Positions 42,718 to 56,955 of a stretch of DNA of 64,000 nt are shown piece by piece. Origin of the DNA: the human T2T-CHM13v2.0 reference genome, Homo sapiens; the NCBI RefSeq assembly GCF_009914755.1, contig NC_060948.1. One strand, given 5' to 3'. The position numbers and the translations under genes are program-made. Within the stretch, counting starts at the first letter, position 1; every line of letters starts with the position of its first letter. The notes under the pieces are model-generated. The model ran no database searches. It worked only from the letters and a program-made list of their open reading frames with translations, and was not told where the DNA came from.

Positions 42718-45700
42718 ATCGAACCACAAGGAATGGACAGGAATAGAATGGTCTCGAATTGAATGGAATCGTATGGAATGGCATCAAACGGAATGGAATG
42801 GACAGCCACGGAATGGAATGCACTCGAATGCAATGGAGTCGAAACTAATGGACTGGAATAGAATGGACTCGACTGGTACGGACTCCAATGGAATGGAATC
42901 GAATGGAAGGGAATCGAACGGAATGGACTCGAAGGGAAAAGACTGCAATGGAAAGGTCTCGAATGGAATGGAAATTAATGGAATGGAATGGAATCGAATG
43001 AAATGGAGTCAAAAGGAATGGAATCGAATGGCAAGAAATCGAATGTAATGGAATCACAAGGAATTGATGTGAACGGAACGGAATGGAATGGAATCCAAAG
43101 GAATGGAATAGAATGGAATGGAATCGAATGGAAAGGACTCGAATGGAAATCACTCGAATAGAATGCAATTTAATAAAATAGGATCAAATGTAATGGAATG
43201 GAATGGAAAGGAATCGAAACGAAAGGAATGGAGACAGATGGAATGGAATGGAACAGAGAGCAATGGTATAGAATGGAATGGAATCATCTGGAATGGAATT
43301 GAATGGAATGGAATAATATGAAATGGAATGGAATGGAATGGAATGGAATGCCCTTGAATTAAATGGACTGGAATGGAATGGACTCGAACAGAGTGGAATG
43401 GAAAGTGTTGAGATAGAATGGAATGGACTCCTTTGGAATGGTCTAGTATGCAATGCAATCGACTGGCAGGGAATCAAAAGGAATGTAATGGAATGGATTG
43501 GACTGGAATGCAATGGACTCGAATAGATTGGAAACGGAATGCAAAGGAATGGAATGGAATAGTATGGAATGGAATGGAAAGGAATGGAGTGGAATAGACT
43601 AGAGTGGAATGGAATGGACTGGAAAGCAATGGACTGGAATGGAACTTTCTTGAATGGACTGGAATCAAACGGAATGGAATGCAATGCAATCAAATGGCAT
43701 GGAATAAAATAGAATGAAAGAGAATCAAATGGAATTGAATCGAATGGAATCGAATGGATTGGAAAGGAATAGAATGGAATGGAATGGAATTGACTCAAAT
43801 GGAATGGACTAGAATGGAATGGATTCGAATGGAAGGCAAAGGAATGGAATCTATTGGAATGGACTGTAATGGAATGGAATGGAAGGGATTGGAATGGACT
43901 CGAATGGAATGGACTGCAATAGAAAGGATTCGAATGGAATGAAAAAGAATTGAATGGAATAGAACAGAATGGAATCAAATCGAATGAAATGGAATGGAAT
44001 AGAAAGGAATGGAATGAAATGGAATGGAAAGGATTCGAATGGAATGCAATCGAATGGAATGGAATCGAACGGAATGGAATAAAATGGAAGAAAACTGGCA
44101 AGAAATGGAATCGAAATGAATGGAGTGTTATGGAACGGACTCAAAAGGAATTGAATGTAATAGAATGGAGTGGAGTGGACTCGAATATAATGGACTGGAA
44201 TGGAATGAAATCACATGGAATGGGAACGAATGGAATGGAATGGAAAGGAATGGAATCGAATGGAAAGGAATCGAATGGAAGGGAATGAAATTGAATCAAC
44301 AGGAATGGAAGGGAATAGAATAGACGGTAATGGAATGGACTCGAATAGAATGGACACGAATGCTCAAATTGAATGGACTCCAATGGAATGGAAACGAAAG
44401 GAATGTCATCGAATAGAATTGAATCGACTGGAATGAAATCGCAAGAATGGAGTGGAATCAAATGGAATTGAATCGAAAGGAAAGGAAGCGAATGGACTGA
44501 AATGAAATGGAATGGAATTGAATGGAAAGTAATGCAATGGAATAGAATGGAACGAAATTTCACGGAATGGAATCAAACTGAAAGGAATCAAATCAATGGA
44601 ATCTAATCAAATGGAATGGAAAGGATTTGAATGGAGTAGATTGGATTGGATGGGATTGGAGTGAAATGTACTGGAAAGGACTCGAATTTCATGAAACGGA
44701 ATGGAATGAATTGGAACGGAATGGACTCGAATGGAATGGAATGTCATGGAATGGCATCAAATGGAATGGCATCAAATGGAATGGAATCGAATGCAATGGA
44801 ATGCTATGGAATGGAATGGAATGCATTGGAATGGAATGTCCTCTAATGGAATGGATTCGAGTGGAATGGAATCGAATATAATGGAGTCGAATGAAATGGA
44901 ATTGAAAGGAATGGGATCGAATACAATGGAATATGCTGGAATGTAATGTTATGAACTCGAATGTAATTGACTGGAATGGAATGTACATGAATGGAATGTA
45001 ATCGAATGGAAAGTAATCCAATGGAATAGAATCTAATGCAATAAAATCGACTCAGATAGAGTAGAATGTAATGGAATGGAGTGCAGTACAATGGAATGGA
45101 ATGGAATGCAATGGAATGGAATGGAATGGAATGGAATGGAATGGAATGGGATGGAATGGGATGGAATGGTATGGAATGGATAGTAATGGACTGGAGTGAA
45201 ATGGACTGGAAAGGAATGGACTCAAATTGAAAGGGCTCGAAAGGAATGGAGTCAAATGGAATGGTCTGGAATGGAATGAACACGAATGTAATGCAATCCA
45301 ATAGAATGGAATCGAATGGCATGGAATATAAAGAAATGGAATCGAAGAGAATGGAAACAAATGGAATGGAATTGAATGGAATGGAATTGAATGGAATGGG
45401 AACGAATGGAGTGAAATTGTATGCAGTAGAAGGGAATAGAATGGAATGCAAGCGAAAGGAAAGGAATGGATTGGAATGGAATGGAATTCATTGGAATGGA
45501 AGGGAATGTAGTGTAATGGACAGGCCTGGAATAAAGTGGAATGCTACGGTCTCGAATGGAATAAAAATGTATGGAATGGAATGCAATGAAACGGAATCGA
45601 ATGTCATAGAATGTAATGGAATGCAAAAAAATGGAATCCAAAATCATTGACTGGAAAGGCTGGGTGTCGAAAGGAATTGACTCCAATGGTATGGAATCGA

Positions 45701-46280
45701 ATGGAATGGAAGTGAATAGAATCGAACTAAATCGAATGGAATGGAATTGATAGGAACGGAATGGAAAGGAATGCAATGAATTGGCATGGAATGGAATCGA
45801 ATGGCATCGAATGGAATGGAATGGAATGCAATGGAATGGAATGTATTAGAATGTAATGAACTTTAATGGAATGTACTCGAATGGATTCGACTGGAATGGA
45901 ATGTTCTGGAAGTGAATGGACTCCAATGGAATGGATTCAAAAGGAATGGAATCGTACGGAATGGAATCTAATGGAATGGAATTAAATGGAAATGAATCAA
46001 ATTGAATAGCACGGAATTGAATTGAATGGAATGGAATGCAATGGAATCTAATGAAACGGAAAGGAAAGGAATGGAATGGAATGGAATGGGCTGGAATGGA
46101 AAGGAATCGAAACGAATGGAATGGAATCGAACTGAAGAGACTGGAATGGAATGCACTGGAATGGAAGGGAGTGTAATGGAAGGTTCTCGAAAAAAATGGA
46201 ATCGAATGGAATGGAATTGAATGGAACGGAATAGAGTCGAATGGAATTGAATGGAATGGAATGGACTAGAGTGAAATGGA
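42718..46280 (+). repeat. DYZ1 unit U13 (3563 bp), variant C in 3' half
   Basis: Landmark at 42718; 1 bp deletion near 44440. Confidence 0.95.
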
Positions 46281-49200
46281 ATCGAACCACAAGGAATGGA
46301 CAGGAATAGAATGGTCTCGAATTGAATGGAATCGTATGGAATGGCATCAAACGGAATGGAATGGACAGCCACGGAATGGAATGCACTCGAATGCAATGGA
46401 GTCGAAACTAATGGACTGGAATAGAATGGACTCGACTGGTACGGACTCCAATGGAATGGAATCGAATGGAAGGGAATCGAACGGAATGGACTCGAAGGGA
46501 AAAGACTGCAATGGAAAGGTCTCGAATGGAATGGAAATTAATGGAATGGAATGGAATCGAATGAAATGGAGTCAAAAGGAATGGAATCGAATGGCAAGAA
46601 ATCGAATGTAATGGAATCGCAAGGAATTGATGTGAACGGAACGGAATGGAATGGAATCCAAAGGAATGGAATAGAATGGAATGGAATCGAATGGAAAGGA
46701 CTCGAATGGAAATCACTGGAATAGAATGCAATTTAATAAAATAGGATCAAATGTAATGGAATGGAATGGAAAGGAATCGAAACGAAAGGAATGGAGACAG
46801 ATGGAATGGAATGGAACAGAGTGCAATGGTATAGAATGGAATGGAATCATCTGGAATGGAATTGAATGGAATGGAATAATATGAAATGGAATGGAATGGA
46901 ATGGAATGGAATGCCCTTGAATTAAATGGACTGGAATGGAATGGACTCGAACAGAGTGGAATGGAAAGTGTTGAGATAGAATGGAATGGACTCCTTTGGA
47001 ATGGTCTAGTATGCAATGCAATCGACTGGCAGGGAATCAAAAGGAATGTAATGGAATGGATTGGACTGGAATGCAATGGACTCGAATAGATTGGAAACGG
47101 AATGCAAAGGAATGGAATGGAATAGTATGGAATGGAATGGAAAGGAATGGAGTGGAATAGACTAGAGTGGAATGGAATGGACTGGAAAGCAATGGACTGG
47201 AATGGAACTTTCTTGAATGGACTGGAATCAAACGGAATGGAATGCAATGCAATCAAATGGCATGGAATAAAATAGAATGAAAGAGAATCAAATGGAATTG
47301 AATCGAATGGAATCGAATGGATTGGAAAGGAATAGAATGGAATGGAATGGAATTGACTCAAATGGAATGGACTAGAATGGAATGGATTCGAATGGAAGGC
47401 AAAGGAATGGAATCTATTGGAATGGACTGTAATGGAATGGAATGGAAGGGATTGGAATGGACTCGAATGGAATGGACTGCAATAGAAAGGATTCGAATGG
47501 AATGAAAAAGAATTGAATGGAATAGAACAGAATGGAATCAAATCGAATGAAATGGAATGGAATAGAAAGGAATGGAATAAAATGGAATGGAAAGGATTCG
47601 AATGGAATGCAATCGAATGGAATGGAATCGAACGGAATGGAATAAAATGGAAGAAAACTGGCAAGAAATGGAATCGAAATGAATGGAGTGTTATGGAACG
47701 GACTCAAAAGGAATTGAATGTAATAGAATGGAGTGGAGTGGACTCGAATATAATGGACTGGAATGGAATGAAATCACAAGGAATGGGAACGAATGGAATG
47801 GAATGGAAAGGAATGGAATCGAATGGAAAGGAATCGAATGGAAGGGAATGAAATTGAATCAACAGGAATGGAAGGGAATAGAATAGACGGTAATGGAATG
47901 GACTCGAATAGAATGGACACGAATGCTCAAATTGAATGGACTCGAATGGAATGGAAACGAAAGGAATGTCATCGAATGGAATTGAATGGATTGGAATGAA
48001 ATCGCATAGAATGGAGTGGAATCAAATGGAATTGAATCGAAAGGAAAGGAAGCGAATGGACTGAAATGAAATGGAATGGAATTGAATGGAAAGTAATGCA
48101 ATGGAATAGAATGGAACGAAATTTCACGGAATGGAATCAAACTGAATGGAATCAAATCAATGGAATCAAATCAAATGGAATGGAAAGGAATTGAATGGAG
48201 TAGATTGGATTGGATGGGATTGGAATGAAATGTACTGGAAAGGACTCGAATTTCATGAAACGGAATGGAATGAATTGGAACGGAATGGACTCGAATGGAA
48301 TGGAATGTCATGGAATGGCATCAAATGGAATGGCATCAAATGGAATGGAATCGAATGCAATGGAATGCTATGGAATGGAATGGAATGCATTGGAATGGAA
48401 TGTCCTCTAATGGAATGGATTCGAGTGGAATGGAATCGAATATAATGGAGTCGAATGAAATGGAATTGAAAGGAGTGGGATCGAATACAATGGAATATAC
48501 TGGAATGTAATGTAATGAACTCGAATGTAATTGACTGGAATGGAATGTACATGAATGGAATGTAATCGAATGGAAAGTAATCCAATGGAATAGAATCTAA
48601 TGCAATAAAACCGACTCAGATAGAGTAGAATGTAATGGAATGGAGTGCAGTGCAATGGAATGGAATGGAATGGAATGCAATGGAATGGAATGGAATGGAA
48701 TGGAATGGAATGGAATGGAATGGAATGGGATGGAATGGGATGGAATGGATAGTAATGGACTGGAGTGAAATGGACTGGAAAGGAATGGACTCAAATTGAA
48801 AGGGCTCGAAAGGAATGGAGTCAAATGGAATGGTCTGGAATGGAATGAACACGAATGTAATGCAATCCAATAGAATGGAATCGAATGGCATGGAATATAA
48901 AGAAATGGAATCGAAGAGAATGGAAACAAATGGAATGGAATTGAATGGAATGGGAACGAATGGAGTGAAATTGTATGCAGTAGAAGGGAATAGAATGGAA
49001 TGCAAGCGAAAGGAAAGGAATGGATTGGAATGGAATGGAATTCATTGGAATGGAAGGGAATGTAGTGTAATGGACAGGCCTGGAATAAAGTGGAATGCTA
49101 CGGTCTCGAATGGAATAAAAATGTATGGAATGGAATGCAATGAAACGGAATCGAATGTCATAGAATGTAATGGAATGCAAAAAAATGGAATCCAAAATCA

Positions 49201-49834
49201 TTGACTGGAAAGGCTGGGTGTCGAAAGGAATTGACTCCAATGGTATGGAATCGAATGGAATGGAAGTGAATAGAATCGAACTAAATCGAATGGAATGGAA
49301 TTGATAGGAACGGAATGGAAAGGAATGCAATGAATTGGCATGGAATGGAATCGAATGGCATCGAATGGAATGGAATGGAATGCAATGGAATGGAATGTAT
49401 TAGAATGTAATGAACTTTAATGGAATGTACTCGAATGGATTCGACTGGAATGGAATGTTCTGGAAGTGAATGGACTCCAATGGAATGGATTCAAAAGGAA
49501 TGGAATCGTACGGAATGGAATCTAATGGAATGGAATTAAATGGAAATGAATCAAATTGAATAGCACGGAATTGAATTGAATGGAATGGAATGCAATGGAA
49601 TCTAATGAAACGGAAAGGAAAGGAATGGAATGGAATGGAATGGGCTGGAATGGAAAGGAATCGAAACGAATGGAATGGAATCGAACTGAAGAGACTGGAA
49701 TGGAATGCACTGGAATGGAAGGGAGTGTAATGGAAGGTTGTCGAAAAAAATGGAATCGAATGGAATGGAATTGAATGGAACGGAATAGAGTCGAATGGAA
49801 TTGAATGGAATGGAATGGACTAGAGTGAAATGGA
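46281..49834 (+). repeat. DYZ1 unit U14 (3554 bp)
   Basis: Landmark at 46281; AATCACTGGA shared with U18; 15 bp deletion near 48945 shared with U15. Confidence 0.95.
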
Positions 49835-52800
49835 ATCGAACCACAAGGAATGGACAGGAATAGAATGGTCTCGAATTGAATGGAATTGTATGGAATGGCA
49901 TCAAACGGAATGGAATGGACAGCCACGGAATGGAATGCACTCGAATGCAATGGAGTCGAAACGTCGAAACTAATGGACTGGAATAGAATGGACTCGACTG
50001 GTACGGACTCCAATGGAATGGAATCGAATGGAAGGGAATCGAACGGAATGGACTCGAAGGGAAAAGACTGCAATGGAAAGGTCTCGAATGGAAAGGAAAT
50101 TAATGGAATGGAATGGAATCGAATGAAATGGAGTCAAAAGGAATGGAATCGAATGGCAAGAAATCGAATGTAATGGAATCGCAAGGAATTGATGTGAACG
50201 GAACGGAATGGAATGGAATCCAAAGGAATGGAATAGAATGGAATGGAATCGAATGGAAAGGACTCGAATGGAAATCACTCGAATAGAATGCAATTTAATA
50301 AAATAGGAACAAATGTAATGGAATGGAATGGAAAGGAATCGAAACGAAAGGAATGGAGACAGATGGAATGGAATGGAACAGAGTGCAATGGTATAGAATG
50401 GAATGGAATCATCTGGAATGGAATTGAATGGAATGGAATAATATGAAATGGAATGGAATGGAATGGAATGGAATGCCCTTGAATTAAATGGACTGGAATG
50501 GAATGGACTCGAACAGAGTGGAATGGAAAGTGTTGAGATAGAATGGAATGGACTCCTTTGGAATGGTGTAGTATGCAATGCAATCGACTGGCAGGGAATC
50601 AAAAGGAATGTAATGGAATGGATTGGACTGGAATGCAATGGACTCGAATAGATTGGAAACGGAATGCAAAGGAATGGAATGGAATAGTATGGAATGGAAT
50701 GGAAAGGAATGGAGTGGAATAGACTAGAGTGGAATGGAATGGACTGGAAAGCAATGGACTGGAATGGAACTTTCTTGAATGGACTGGAATCAAACGGAAT
50801 GGAATGCAATGCAATCAAATGGCATGGAATAAAATAGAATGAAAGAGAATCAAATGGAATTGAATCGAATGGAATCGAATGGATTGGAAAGGAATAGAAT
50901 GGAATGGAATGGAATTGACTCAAATGGAATGGACTAGAATGGAATGGATTCGAATGGAAGGCAAAGGAATGGAATCTATTGGAATGGAATGGAATGGAAT
51001 GGAATGGAAGGGATTGGAATGGACTCGAATGGAATGGACTGCAATAGAAAGGATTCGAATGGAATGAAAAAGAATTGAATGGAATAGAACAGAATGGAAT
51101 CAAATCGAATGAAATGGAATGGAATAGAAAGGAATGGAATGAAATGGAATGGAAAGGATTCGAATGGAATGCAATCGAATGGAATGGAATCGAACGGAAT
51201 GGAATAAAATGGAAGAAAACTGGCAAGAAATGGAATCGAAATGAATGGAGTGTTATGGAACGGACTCAAAAGGAATTGAATGTAATAGAATGGAGTGGAG
51301 TGGACTCGAATATAATGGACTGGAATGGAATGAAATCACATGGAATGGGAACGAATGGAATGGAATGGAAAGGAATGGAATCGAATGGAAAGGAATCGAA
51401 TGGAAGGGAATGAAATTGAATCAACAGGAATGGAAGGGAATAGAATAGACGGTAATGGAATGGACTCGAATAGAATGGACACGAATGCTGAAATTGAATG
51501 GACTCGAATGGAATGGAAACGAAAGGAATGTCATCGAATGGAATTGAATCGATTGGAATGAAATCGCATAGAATGGAGTGGAATCAAATGGAATTGAATC
51601 GAAAGGAAAGGAAGCGAATGGACTGAAATGAAATGGAATGGAATTGAATGGAAAGTAATGCAATGGAATAGAATGGAACGAAATTTCACGGAATGGAATC
51701 AAACTGAATGGAATCAAATCAATGGAATCAAATCAAATGGAATGGAAAGGAATTGAATGGAGTAGATGGGATTGGATGGGATTGGAATGAAATGTACTGG
51801 AAACGACTCGAATTTCATGAAACGGAATGGAATGAATTGGAACGGAATGGACTCGAATGGAATGGAATGTCATGGAATGGCATCAAATGGAATGGCATCA
51901 AATGGAATGGAATCGAATGCAATGGAATGCTATGGAATGGAATGGAATGCATTGGAATGGAATGTCCTCTAATGGAATGGATTCGAGTGGAATGGAATCG
52001 AATATAATGGAGTCGAATGAAATGGAATTGAAAGGAGTGGGATCGAATACAATGGAATATACTGGAATGTAATGTAATGAACTCGAATGTAATTGACTGG
52101 AATGGAATGTACATGAATGGAATGTAATCGAATGGAAAGTAATCCAATGGAATAGAATCTAATGCAATAAAACCGACTCAGATAGAGTAGAATGTAATGG
52201 AATGGAGTGCAGTGCAATGGAATGGAATGGAATGGAATGCAATGGAATGGAATGGAATGGAATGGAATGGAATGGAATGGAATGGAATGGGATGGAATGG
52301 GATGGAATGGATAGTAATGGACTGGAGTGAAATGGACTGGAAAGGAATGGACTCAAATTGAAAGGGCTCGAAAGGAATGGAGTCAAATGGAATGGTCTGG
52401 AATGGAATGAACACGAATGTAATGCAATCCAATAGAATGGAATCGAATGGCATGGAATATAAAGAAATGGAATCGAAGAGAATGGAAACAAATGGAATGG
52501 AATTGAATGGAATGGGAACGAATGGAGTGAAATTGTATGCAGTAGAAGGGAATAGAATGGAATGCAAGCGAAAGGAAAGGAATGGATTGGAATGGAATGG
52601 AATTCATTGGAATGGAAGGGAATGTAGTGTAATGGACAGGCCTGGAATAAAGTGGAATGCTACGGTCTCGAATGGAATAAAAATGTATGGAATGGAATGC
52701 AATGAAACGGAATCGAATGTCATAGAATGTAATGGAATGCAAAAAAATAGAATCCAAAATCATTGACTGGAAAGGCTGGGTGTCGAAAGGAATTGACTCC

Positions 52801-53396
52801 AATGGAATGGAATCCAATGGAATGGAAGTGAATAGAATCGAACTAAATCGAATGGAATGGAATTGATAGGAACGGAATGGAAAGGAATGCAATGATTTGG
52901 CATGGAATGGAATCGAATGGCATCGAATGGAATGGAATGGAATGCAATGGAATGGAATGTATTAGAATGTAATGAACTTTAATGGAATGTACTCGAATGG
53001 ATTCGACTGGAATGGAATGTTCTGGAAGTGAATGGACTCCAATGGAATGGATTCAAAAGGAATGGAATCGTACGGAATGGAATCTAATGGAATGGAATTA
53101 AATGGAAATGAATCAAATTGAATAGCACGGAATTGAATTGAATGGAATGGAATGCAATGGAATCTAATGAAACGGAAAGGAAAGGAATGGAATGGAATGG
53201 AATGGGCTGGAATGGAAAGGAATCGAAACGAATGGAATGGAATCGAACTGAAGAGACTGGAATGGAATGCACTGGAATGGAAGGGAGTGTAATGGAAGGT
53301 TCTCGAAAAAAATGGAATCGAATGGAATGGAATTGAATGGAACGGAATAGAGTCGAATGGAATTGAATGGAATGGAATGGACTAGAGTGAAATGGA
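49835..53396 (+). repeat. DYZ1 unit U15 (3562 bp)
   Basis: Landmark at 49835; private 8 bp duplication at 49955-49970. Confidence 0.95.
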
Positions 53397-56300
53397 ATCG
53401 AACCACAAGGAATGGACAGGAATAGAATGGTCTCGAATTGAATGGAATCGTATGGAATGGCATCAAACGGAATGGAATGGACAGCCACGGAATGGAATGC
53501 ACTCGAATGCAATGGAGTCGAAACTAATGGACTGGAATAGAATGGACTCGACTGGTACGGACTCCAATGGAATGGAATCGAATGGAAGGGAATCGAACGG
53601 AATGGACTCGAAGGGAAAAGACTGCAATGGAAAGGTCTCGAATGGAATGGAAATTAATGGAATGGAATGGAATCGAATGAAATGGAGTCAAAAGGAATGG
53701 AATCGAATGGCAAGAAATCGAATGTAATGGAATCGCAAGGAATTGATGTGAACGGAACGGAATGGAATGGAATCCAAAGGAATGGAATAGAATGGAATGG
53801 AATCGAATGGAAAGGACTCGAATGGAAATCACTCGAATAGAATGCAATTTAATAAAATAGGATCAAATGTAATGGAATGGAATGGAAAGGAATCGAAACG
53901 AAAGGAATGGAGACAGATGGAATGGAATGGAACAGAGAGCAATGGTATAGAATGGAATGGAATCATCTGGAATGGAATTGAATGGAATGGAATAATATGA
54001 AATGGAATGGAATGGAATGGAATGGAATGCCCTTGAATTAAATGGACTGGAATGGAATGGACTCGAACAGAGTGGAATGGAAAGTGTTGAGATAGAATGG
54101 AATGGACTCCTTTGGAATGGTGTAGTATGCAATGCAATCGACTGGCAGGGAATCAAAAGGAATGTAATGGAATGGATTGGACTGGAATGCAATGGACTCG
54201 AATAGATTGGAAACGGAATGCAAAGGAATGGAATGGAATAGTATGGAATGGAATGGAAAGGAATGGAGTGGAATAGACTAGAGTGGAATGGAATGGACTG
54301 GAAAGCAATGGACTGGAATGGAACTTTCTTGAATGGACTGGAATCAAACGGAATGGAATGCAATGCAATCAAATGGCATGGAATAAAATAGAATGAAAGA
54401 GAATCAAATGGAATTGAATCGAATGGAATCGAATGGATTGGAAAGGAATAGAATGGAATGGAATGGAATGGACTAGAATGGAATGGATTCGAATGGAAGG
54501 CAAAGGAATGGAATCTATTGGAATGGACTGTAATGGAATGGAATGGAAGGGATTGGAATGGACTCGAATGGAATGGACTGCAATAGAAAGGATTCGAATG
54601 GAATGAAAAAGAATTGAATGGAATAGAACAGAATGGAATCAAATCGAATGAAATGGAATGGAATAGAAAGGAATGGAATGAAATGGAATGGAAAGGATTC
54701 GAATGGAATGCAATCGAATGGAATGGAATCGAACGGAATGGAATAAAATGGAAGAAAACTGGCAAGAAATGGAATCGAAATGAATGGAGTGTTATGGAAC
54801 GGACTCAAAAGGAATTGAATGTAATAGAATGGAGTGGAGTGGACTCGAATATAATGGACTGGAATGGAATGAAATCACAAGGAATGGGAACGAATGGAAT
54901 GGAATGGAAAGGAATGGAATCGAATGGAAAGGAATCGAATGGAAGGGAATGAAATTGAATCAACAGGAATGGAAGGGAATAGAATAGATGGTAATGGAAT
55001 GGACTCGAATAGAATGGACACGAATGCTGAAATTGAATGGACTCGAATGGAATGGAAACGAAAGGAATGTCATCGAATGGAATTGAATGGATTGGAATGA
55101 AATCGCATAGAATGGAGTGGAATCAAATGGAATTGAATCGAAAGGAAAGGAAGCGAATGGACTGAAATGAAATGGAATGGAATTGAATGGAAAGTAATGC
55201 AATGGAATAGAATGGAACGAAATTTCACGGAATGGAATCAAACTGAATGGAATCAAATCAATGGAATCAAATCAAATGGAATGGAAAGGAATTGAATGGA
55301 GTAGATTGGATTGGATGGGATTGGAATGAAATGTACTGGAAAGGACTCGAATTTCATGAAACGGAATGGAATGAATTGGAACGGAATGGACTCGAATGGA
55401 ATGGAATGTCATGGAATGGCATCAAATGGAATGGCATCAAATGGAATGGAATCGAATGCAATGGAATGCTATGGAATGGAATGGAATGCATTGGAATGGA
55501 ATGTCCTCTAATGGAATGGATTCGAGTGGAATGGAATCGAATATAATGGAGTCGAATGAAATGGAATTGAAAGGAATGGGATCGAATAGAATGGAATATA
55601 CTGGAATGTAATGTAATGAACTCGAATGTAATTGACTGGAATGGAATGTACATGAATGGAATGTAATCGAATGGAAAGTAATCCAATGGAATAGAATCTA
55701 ATGCAATAAAATCGACTCAGATAGAGTAGAATGTAATGGAATGGAGTGCAGTGCAATGGAATGGAATGGAATGGAATGCAATGGAATGGAATGGAATGGA
55801 ATGGAATGGAATGGAATGGGATGGAATGGGATGGAATGGTATGGAATGGATAGTAATGGACTGGAGTGAAATGGACTGGAAAGGAATGGACTCAAATTGA
55901 AAGGGCTCGAAAGGAATGGAGTCAAATGGAATGGTCTGGAATGGAATGAACACGAATGTAATGCAATCCAATAGAATGGAATCGAATGGCATGGAATATA
56001 AAGAAATGGAATCGAAGAGAATGGAAACAAATGGAATGGAATTGAATGGAATGGAATTGAATGGAATGGGAACGAATGGAGTGAAATTGTATGCAGTAGA
56101 AGGGAATAGAATGGAATGCAAGCGAAAGGAAAGGAATGGATTGGAATGGAATGGAATTCATTGGAATGGAAGGGAATGTAGTGTAATGGACAGGCCTGGA
56201 ATAAAGTGGAATGCTACGGTCTCGAATGGAATAAAAATGTATGGAATGGAATGCAATGAAACGGAATCGAATGTCATAGAATGTAATGGAATGCAAAAAA

Positions 56301-56955
56301 ATGGAATCCAAAATCATTGACTGGAAAGGCTGGGTGTCGAAAGGAATTGACTCCAATGGAATGGAATCGAATGGAATGGAAGTGAATAGAATCGAACTAA
56401 ATCGAATGGAATGGAATTGATAGGAACGGAATGGAAAGGAATGCAATGATTTGGCATGGAATGGAATCGAATGGCATCGAATGGAATGGAATGGAATGCA
56501 ATGGAATGGAATGTATTAGAATGTAATGAACTTTAATGGAATGTACTCGAATGGATTCGACTGGAATGGAATGTTCTGGAAGTGAATGGACTCCAATGGA
56601 ATGGATTCAAAAGGAATGGAATCGTACGGAATGGAATCTAATGGAATGGAATTAAATGGAAATGAATCAAATTGAATAGCACGGAATTGAATTGAATGGA
56701 ATGGAATGCAATGGAATCTAATGAAACGGAAAGGAAAGGAATGGAATGGAATGGAATGGAATGGGCTGGAATGGAAAGGAATCGAAACGAATGGAATGGA
56801 ATCGAACTGAAGAGACTGGAATGGAATGCACTGGAATGGAAGGGAGTGTAATGGAAGGTTCTCGAAAAAAATGGAATCGAATGGAATGGAATTGAATGGA
56901 ACGGAATAGAGTCGAATGGAATTGAATGGAATGGAATGGACTAGAGTGAAATGGA
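53397..56955 (+). repeat. DYZ1 unit U16 (3559 bp)
   Basis: Landmark at 53397; 15 bp deletion near 54465. Confidence 0.95.

Noticed and set aside
49970-51226. Longest ORF, 418 aa on the - strand
   Set aside because: It arises because one private substitution (ATAGGAAC versus ATAGGATC, ~50308) removes a stop and joins two spurious ORFs.
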